Origin: an uncultured Actinomycetes bacterium
Lineage (GTDB): Bacteria > Actinomycetota > Actinomycetes > S36-B12 > CAIYMF01
Assembly (NCBI GenBank): GCA_963843975.1
Contig: CAWJMG010000001.1
Location: 840,001 to 872,000, forward strand
Direction of reading: 5' to 3'
Length of the DNA stretch: 32,000 nt
Below the pieces are notes generated by a model. The model saw nothing but the letters and a program-made list of their open reading frames with translations. It did no database searches and had not been told where the DNA came from. How positions within the stretch are numbered: position 1 is the stretch's first letter; each line of letters opens with the position of its first letter. Position numbers and translations under genes: made by a program. This document shows positions 26,785 through 32,000 of this stretch, piece after piece.

Positions 26785-28014
26785 ATGACGTCACCGGTGG
26801 ACGCGGTCGAGAGCGTCGTCCGCGAGGAGTTCCCACGCATCCTCGCGACGCTCGTCCGCGTCACCGGTGACGTCGGCCTGGCCGAGGACTCCGTGCAGGA
26901 GGCCGTGATCCGGGCCCTGACCACCTGGCCGCGCGACGGCGTCCCCGACGAGCCGCGCGCCTGGCTGACCACCGTGGCGCGGCGCTGCGCCGTCGACCGC
27001 ATCCGGCGCGAGGCGCAGCGTGACGGGAAGGAGGCGGAAGCCGTGTGGCTGCTGGACTCCGAGCCCGAGCCGCCGCCGGAGTCGGTCGTACGAGACGACC
27101 TCCTGCGCCTGGTGTTCACCTGCTGCCACCCGACCCTGTCGCCCGAGGCGCAGGTGGCTCTCAGCCTGCGCACGCTGTGCGGCCTGTCGACCGCCGAGGT
27201 CGCGCGCGCCCTGCTCGTCCCCGAGGCGACGGCGGCCAAACGGCTCACGCGCGCCAAGCAGAAGATCGCCGCGGCGCACATCCCCTACCGCGTCCCGTCC
27301 GACGCCGAGCTGCCCGACCGTCTCGCCGGCGTGCTCGCCACGGTCTACCTCGTCTTCAACGAGGGGTACGCGCCGTCGAGCGGGGACGCCGCCGTGCGGC
27401 AGGACCTCGTCGACGAGGCGATCCGCCTCGGCCGTCTTCTCCACGGCCTGATGCCGGACGAGCCCGGCGTGATCGGCCTGCTCGCCCTCATGCTGCTGCT
27501 CGACTGCAGGCGCGCGGCGCGCGTCGCACCCGACGGGTCCGCCGTGAGGCTCGCGGACCAGGTGCGGCACCGGTGGGACCCGGCCGAGGCACGCGAGGGC
27601 GTGACCCTGGTCGCCGAGGGCGTCCGGCGCACGCCCGAGCGCGCCGACCCGTACGTCGTCCAGGCTGCGATCGCGGGCTGCCACGCGCTGGCCCCGTCGT
27701 ACGCCGAGACCGACTGGGACGCCGTGATCGACTGGTACGACGTGCTTCTCGCCGTACGCGACTCCCCCTCGGCTCGGCTCGGCCGGGCCTCGGCGGTGGC
27801 CGAGCGGGACGGGGCCGCGGCAGGTCTCGAGGCAGTCGACGCGATCGGCGGTCTCGAGCACCACGCGTGGTGGCACGGGGCTCGCGCCGAGCTGCTGCAC
27901 CGCCTCGGCCGCGACGACGAGGCGCACACCGAGCGGGCGACCGCCGAGAGCCTCGGCCTCAACTCGGCCGCCCTCGCCTCGCTCGACTCCTCGCTCGCGT
28001 CCCCGCCACGCTGA
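26785..28014 (+). CDS. ECF-type RNA polymerase sigma factor with long C-terminal extension (ECF42-like)
   Basis: The 409-aa ORF has sigma region 2 (ILATLVRVTGDVGLAEDSVQEAVIRAL..PRAWLTTVARRCAVDRIRRE) and region 4 (LRTLCGLSTAEVARALLVPEATAAKRLTRAKQKI). It also has a roughly 230-aa helical C-terminal extension. Adjacency to a DGPF/YciI gene is the known hallmark of ECF group 42. The group assignment is an inference. Confidence 0.85.
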   Translation: MTSPVDAVESVVREEFPRILATLVRVTGDVGLAEDSVQEAVIRALTTWPRDGVPDEPRAWLTTVARRCAVDRIRREAQRDGKEAEAVWLLDSEPEPPPESVVRDDLLRLVFTCCHPTLSPEAQVALSLRTLCGLSTAEVARALLVPEATAAKRLTRAKQKIAAAHIPYRVPSDAELPDRLAGVLATVYLVFNEGYAPSSGDAAVRQDLVDEAIRLGRLLHGLMPDEPGVIGLLALMLLLDCRRAARVAPDGSAVRLADQVRHRWDPAEAREGVTLVAEGVRRTPERADPYVVQAAIAGCHALAPSYAETDWDAVIDWYDVLLAVRDSPSARLGRASAVAERDGAAAGLEAVDAIGGLEHHAWWHGARAELLHRLGRDDEAHTERATAESLGLNSAALASLDSSLASPPR

Positions 28015-28069
28015 CGCCGGTGGTCAGAACGCAGTCTCGGCATCGCGCGCCGACCACGGGCCGTGGGTA

Positions 28070-29047
28070 TCAGCCGATCGACGGCAGGACGAGCAGTCCC
28101 GCAGGCTGTCCGCTGGCGTCGTAGAACAGCCACTGCGGGACCGAGTTGGGGGTGCCCATCTCGGCGACCGAGAGCCGGGCCTCAACGAAGGGGGCGGCAG
28201 GGTCGCCGACGTATGCCTCGCCGCGGTGGTGCCTGAGGTCGTCGAAGGCCTGCGCTGCGCTGGGCACCTCCACCGGAGCGGTGCCCGTCACCCGACCTGT
28301 CTCGACGACCGCGAACGTCAGCCGCCCCTGCGCGTCGAAGCTGACCTGGTCGTACGACGTGATGACGCACTCGACGCAGGCGGTGCCGGTGATCTCGATG
28401 CCATAGCTCGCCGAGCCGTCGCTCGGCTCCTGCGCCGATCGAGGCGAGAGAACGGCACGCGCCGCGAAGCCGGTGCCCTCAAGGTCACCGAGGCCCCACG
28501 TCGTCACGAGCTCCAGCGCAAGCGCCACCTGCGCCTGCTGCGTCACAGCGACCGGCGCGCTGGGACCGCCATGGAAGGCGACATGGCCGTTCCAGCCCTC
28601 GAACGCGGGCACCACCGACAGAACGCCGGAGGGCAGGACCGCGACCGGATCCGCCAGCCGTTGGTCGGGGAGGCCCGACCCAGAGCCGAAGTACGGGGCC
28701 AGAGCTGCAAGCTCCTCGGACGAGGTGACGACGCGCGCGTCGCCGCCGCCCAGGGGTGCGGACAGGGCGGCCAGATCCTGGTCGAGGGACCACACCCGAG
28801 CCGCGACCACGGGGACGGTCGTCGTGGGCGGTACGTCGGACAGCACCACGGCGTCCGCGAGCGCGACGGCGGGGTCGCCGGCGATGCGCCACCACAGGGA
28901 GGCGGCGGGACCGGCGCCGTACACGTAGGCCGCGACAAGAGCCGCGACGACGGCCACGACCGTGAAGGTGCCCACGGTGGCGCGGACGATCTGGTGCCTC
29001 ACGCTGGGGCCGTCGCTCAGGTGCGGTGCTCCCCAGGCCATGCTCAT
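28070..29047 (-). CDS. hypothetical membrane-anchored protein (N-terminal TM, large extracytoplasmic domain)
   Basis: Only the 3' 978 nt of ORF 28070..30232 look coding. ATG 29047 (MSMAWGAPHL..) is preceded by GAGGGGGA. It has a TM (VGTFTVVAVVAALVAAYVYG) and no motif I recognise. The upstream part of the ORF is the antisense of the acidic-repeat gene. Confidence 0.62.
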   Translation of the reverse strand: MSMAWGAPHLSDGPSVRHQIVRATVGTFTVVAVVAALVAAYVYGAGPAASLWWRIAGDPAVALADAVVLSDVPPTTTVPVVAARVWSLDQDLAALSAPLGGGDARVVTSSEELAALAPYFGSGSGLPDQRLADPVAVLPSGVLSVVPAFEGWNGHVAFHGGPSAPVAVTQQAQVALALELVTTWGLGDLEGTGFAARAVLSPRSAQEPSDGSASYGIEITGTACVECVITSYDQVSFDAQGRLTFAVVETGRVTGTAPVEVPSAAQAFDDLRHHRGEAYVGDPAAPFVEARLSVAEMGTPNSVPQWLFYDASGQPAGLLVLPSIG

Positions 29048-29284
29048 GTCGTCCCCCTCGTACGACGGCGCGGGTTCGCCGTCCGTCACCTGGTCATCGG
29101 CCGCGGCCACCTCGCCGCCACGCGTCCGGACGGGTGATCCGACCGCCCATCTCCCGGCGGCCTCCCCCGGACGTCCAAGAACCGTCCCGAAGGCTGACCA
29201 GAGGTGTCGCAGGCCCTGGACCTGCGCAGATGCACCACCCACTCTGGGCCCGCACCACCCCACCGACCCGAGAACGAGGACCCC

Positions 29285-30079
29285 ATGACCACGACCCGAC
29301 GCACCACCCTCCGCGCGGCCACCGCCCTCGGTGCCGTCCTCGCCGTCCTCGTCGCCGGCTCGGCCACGACCGCCGCCCAGGCCCAGGGCGGCCACGGCTC
29401 GCGCATCGTCGTCGCGCAGAACGGTGCCGACGACGACCTCGACGGCGACGGCATCCCCGAGGCGGAGGACACCGACGACGACGGCGACGGCATCGACGAC
29501 TCGATCGACACCGACAAGGACGACGACGGCATCACCGACTCGGTCGACCTCGACGACGACGGCGACGGCGTGAACGACGCGTCGGAGTCCGACTACGACG
29601 GCGACGGCCTCGCCGACGACTCGTCGCTGGAGAAGGACATCGACGGCGACGGCCTCAGCGACGACTCCGCCACCGAGCTCGACATCGACGGCGACGGCCT
29701 GAAGGACAGCTCGGCAGCCGAGAAGGACATCGACGGCGACGGGCGTACCGACAGCTCGGCCACCGAGGCCGACATCGACGGCGACGGGCGCACGGACGGC
29801 TCGAAGTTCGAGGTCGACATCGACGGCGACGGGCTGAAGGACACCAGCGCCCTCGAGAAGGACATCGACGGCGACGGCCTCGGCGACTCCTCGTCGCTCG
29901 AGAAGGACATCGACGGCGACGGCACCACGGACTCGCGCGACAAGGACGTGGACGGCGACGGCGTCCTCAACCACTCCGACTCCGACCTGGACGGCGACGG
30001 CGTGGCCAACGCGCACGACACGGACAAGGACGGCGACGGCATCGCGAACTGGAAGGACAGCTCGCCCCGCGGCGTCTGA
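29285..30079 (+). CDS. secreted hyper-acidic DxDGDG-repeat protein (thrombospondin type-3-like Ca-binding repeats), paralog 1
   Basis: This is the in-frame part of ORF 29204..30079, from ATG 29285 after GAGGA. It has a Tat-like signal (MTTTRRTTLRAATALGAVLAVLVAGSATTAAQA|Q). About 13 DxDGDG/DDDGDG units follow, seven of them at a strict 15-aa (45-nt) period (e.g. DIDGDGLKDSSAAEK). It ends ..DKDGDGIANWKDSSPRGV. Confidence 0.8.
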   Translation: MTTTRRTTLRAATALGAVLAVLVAGSATTAAQAQGGHGSRIVVAQNGADDDLDGDGIPEAEDTDDDGDGIDDSIDTDKDDDGITDSVDLDDDGDGVNDASESDYDGDGLADDSSLEKDIDGDGLSDDSATELDIDGDGLKDSSAAEKDIDGDGRTDSSATEADIDGDGRTDGSKFEVDIDGDGLKDTSALEKDIDGDGLGDSSSLEKDIDGDGTTDSRDKDVDGDGVLNHSDSDLDGDGVANAHDTDKDGDGIANWKDSSPRGV

Positions 30080-30099
30080 CCTCCCCCGCACCACCGGCA

Positions 30100-30131
30100 G
30101 GGGCCGGGCAGCCTTCGGGCCGCCCGGCCCT
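30100..30131 (+). terminator. GC-rich hairpin after paralog 1
   Basis: A 9-bp stem, gggccgggc (30101-30109) / gcccggccc (30122-30130), is extended by gcc/ggc around a ttcg loop. It starts 21 nt after the stop. There is no U-tract. Confidence 0.5.
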
Positions 30132-30349
30132 GCTCGTCCTCTGGCCGCAGCGGGGTGGAGACGGAGCGCCATCAGCCGGACGCCCGGGCGATTTCCAAGG
30201 AACGTCCAAGAGACGTCGGACGCGCTCCCCACGGCCGCAGCGAACGGGTGAAGCCGCAGGTCGAACGCTCAGGGACCGCTCAGGAACGGGCGACAACGCA
30301 TCTGTCATCGACATCCCGGGCTTCGGCCCCATCCGATCGTGAGGACCCC

Positions 30350-31153
30350 ATGAGCAGCACCCGACGCACGAGCCTCCGCGCAGCCACCGCGCTGGGCGCC
30401 GTGCTCACCGTGATCCTGGCCGGCGGAGCCGTGACCGGCATCGCCCACGCCTCCGACTCCACCTCGGGCGGCGGCGACGGAACCAGCGTCAGCACCGACA
30501 CCGGCGAGGACCAGGACGGCGACGGCACCCCCGAGGCGGAGGACGCCGACGACGACGGCGACGGCATCGACGACGCCGTCGACTCCGACAAGGACGACGA
30601 CGGCATCGAGGACTCGGTCGACGCCGACGACGACGGCGACGGCGTCAAGGACGCGGTCGAGACCGACATCGACGGCGACGGCATGGACGACGACTCGGCC
30701 GCCGAGACCGACATCGACGGCGACCTGCGCGCCGACGACGCGTCGAACGAGCTCGACATCGACGGCGACGGGCTCAAGGACAACGCCGTCGCGGAGACCG
30801 ACATCGACGGCGACGGGCGGACCGACGCCAGCGCCAACGAGGCCGACATCGACGGCGACGGGCGCACGGACGGCTCGAAGTTCGAGGTCGACATCGACGG
30901 CGACGGCCTGAAGGACACCAGCGCCCTCGAGAAGGACATCGACGGCGACGGCAAGGGCGACAGCTCGGCCACCGAGACCGACATCGACGGCGACGGCACC
31001 TCCGACGCCAAGGACAAGGACGTGGATGGCGACGGCATCGCGAACCACGTCGACTCCGACCTCGACGGCGACGGCGTGGCCAACGCGCACGACCTCGACA
31101 AGGACGGCGACGGCGTCGTGAACTGGAAGGACAGCGCGCCGCGCGGCGTCTGA
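30350..31153 (+). CDS. secreted hyper-acidic DxDGDG-repeat protein, paralog 2
   Basis: This is the in-frame part of ORF 30155..31153, from ATG 30350 after the same GAGGACCCC leader as paralog 1. The signal is MSSTRRTSLRAATALGAVLTVILAGGAVTGIAHA|S. It has the same repeat architecture and the same C-terminus (..DKDGDGVVNWKDSAPRGV). Confidence 0.8.
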   Translation: MSSTRRTSLRAATALGAVLTVILAGGAVTGIAHASDSTSGGGDGTSVSTDTGEDQDGDGTPEAEDADDDGDGIDDAVDSDKDDDGIEDSVDADDDGDGVKDAVETDIDGDGMDDDSAAETDIDGDLRADDASNELDIDGDGLKDNAVAETDIDGDGRTDASANEADIDGDGRTDGSKFEVDIDGDGLKDTSALEKDIDGDGKGDSSATETDIDGDGTSDAKDKDVDGDGIANHVDSDLDGDGVANAHDLDKDGDGVVNWKDSAPRGV

Positions 31154-31170
31154 CCTCCTCGCACCACCGG

Positions 31171-31204
31171 CAGGGCCGGGTGACCTCCGGGTCGCCCGGC
31201 CCTG
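31171..31204 (+). terminator. hairpin after paralog 2
   Basis: A 14-bp stem, cagggccgggtgac (31171-31184) / gtcgcccggccctg (31191-31204), has one G.U pair and a 6-nt loop. The flank tgacctcc.cgcaccaccggcag is shared with the paralog-1 3' flank. Confidence 0.6.
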
Positions 31205-31283
31205 CTGCGTGCCGCCCTCGCGGCACGCGGCAACTTCGTGCGATGCGCTGCGACCTGCCGCGCGTCGGTCCTAGGTTCGCCCC

Positions 31284-32000
31284 ATGTTCACGTTGCTGCG
31301 CAGCTACTCGCCGTCGTGGCTCCGGGGGGACCTGGTGGCCGGCGTGACGGTCGCCGCCATCGCCATCCCCGAGTCCCTCGGCTACGCGTCCATCGCCGGC
31401 CTCCCGCCCCAGGCCGGCCTCTACTGCGCGCTGCTGCCCCCGATCCTGTTCGCGCTGCTCGCGTCCTCCCGCCAACTGGTCGTGGGTGCCGACTCGGCGA
31501 CCGCAGCACTGGTCGCGGCCGGCGCGGGCGCGGTGGCCGCCGTGGGCACGGCGGCGTACGCCGGGTCGATCGCGGTGCTCGGCCTCCTGACCGGCGCGAT
31601 CCTGCTCGTCATGGCGGTCGCACGGCTCGGGTTCCTCGCCGACCTCATCTCCCAGCCGGTGCTCGCGGGCTTCCTGTCGGGCGTCGGCGTCTCGCTCATC
31701 ATCGGCAAGCTGCCCGAGGTGCTGGGCATCAAGGCGTCGGGCTCCACGTGGGACAAGCTCGTCGACACGATCACCGGCCTCGGCACGATCAACTGGTGGT
31801 CCGCCGCCCTCGGGCTCGGCGTCGTCGCGGTGATGGTCGGTGCACTGCGCCTGCCGGCCGCCGTACCGGCAGCGCTCTTCGCGCTCGTCGTGTTCTCCAT
31901 CGTCGGCAACCTGCTGCACGTCGAGACCCACGGGGTCGACATGGTCGGCGCGCTGCCGCCGGGCCTCCCGAGCTTCGCGTGGCCCACGGTGAGCACGGGC
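31284..32000 (+). CDS. SulP-family anion (sulfate/bicarbonate) transporter, 5' portion (runs off the window)
   Basis: Absent from the ORF track because there is no stop in the window. My translation from ATG 31284 gives MFTLLRSYSPSWLRGDLVAGVTVAAIAIPESLGYASIAGLPPQAGLYCALLPPILFALLASSRQLVVGADSATAALVA.., a canonical SulP N-terminus. The frame is open to 32000 (239 codons). Confidence 0.85.
   Translation, partial: MFTLLRSYSPSWLRGDLVAGVTVAAIAIPESLGYASIAGLPPQAGLYCALLPPILFALLASSRQLVVGADSATAALVAAGAGAVAAVGTAAYAGSIAVLGLLTGAILLVMAVARLGFLADLISQPVLAGFLSGVGVSLIIGKLPEVLGIKASGSTWDKLVDTITGLGTINWWSAALGLGVVAVMVGALRLPAAVPAALFALVVFSIVGNLLHVETHGVDMVGALPPGLPSFAWPTVSTG

Noticed and set aside
29630-29950. 45-nt periodic direct repeats that could be mistaken for a CRISPR array or non-coding tandem repeat (the same occurs at 30660-31020)
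   Set aside because: The period is an exact multiple of 3 and in-frame within ORFs. The 'spacers' are only 27 nt and similar to each other. No leader or cas genes are present. These are protein-coding repeats.
29048-30232. 5' two-thirds of the 720-aa minus-strand ORF 28070..30232
   Set aside because: This part is the antisense of the acidic-repeat gene, and its periodic VAVDV/GAVAV pattern mirrors DIDGDG. A strong SD plus ATG at 29047 and a TM segment define the real, shorter gene.
29593-31233. Minus-strand ORFs with PSPSMS repeats (29593..30042, 30280..31233) and the other periodic ORFs here
   Set aside because: They are frame-shifted or antisense readings of the 45-nt DIDGDG coding repeat. 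The + strand frames have signal peptides, SD sequences and a coherent repeat chemistry.

Overview
Very high-GC chromosomal window with typical Actinomycetota organisation (taxon is inference). Positions 1-7000 hold the conserved housekeeping block ftsH-hpt-tilS-Zn-metalloprotease-dacB on the minus strand, with divergent ppa. This is the same synteny known around Mycobacterium ppa/mesJ/hpt. The remaining 25 kb is mostly accessory and regulatory. It contains two c-di-GMP proteins: a PAS-GGDEF-EAL gene broken at the domain junction, and a lipoprotein-coupled membrane diguanylate cyclase. It also contains a YtrA-like GntR plus membrane protein operon, an amylosucrase-like GH13 enzyme, and a tightly coupled circularly-permuted ATP-grasp / alpha-E / transglutaminase triad. 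Further on are tesB, a PLP-dependent decarboxylase, a TetR/WhiB divergent pair, ackA beside a phosphoketolase broken by four +1 frameshifts, and a YciI plus long ECF sigma (ECF42-like) pair. The window ends with an orphan membrane protein, two tandem paralogous secreted hyper-acidic DxDGDG-repeat (thrombospondin-type-3-like) proteins, and the 5' end of a SulP transporter. I found no rRNA, tRNA, CRISPR array, transposase, integrase or recognisable defence genes. Most long ORFs in the track are antisense or off-frame shadows typical of high-GC DNA. The items most worth a second look are: (1) the tandem DxDGDG-repeat secreted paralogs with a 114-nt near-identical tract; (2) the functionally unresolved ATP-grasp/alpha-E/transglutaminase module, followed by a 52-nt low-GC near-perfect palindrome; (3) six frame disruptions confined to three non-essential genes; (4) a 474-nt non-coding spacer upstream of ftsH carrying a thrice-repeated 11-mer. 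All functional calls rest on my own reading of motifs. No database search was run.
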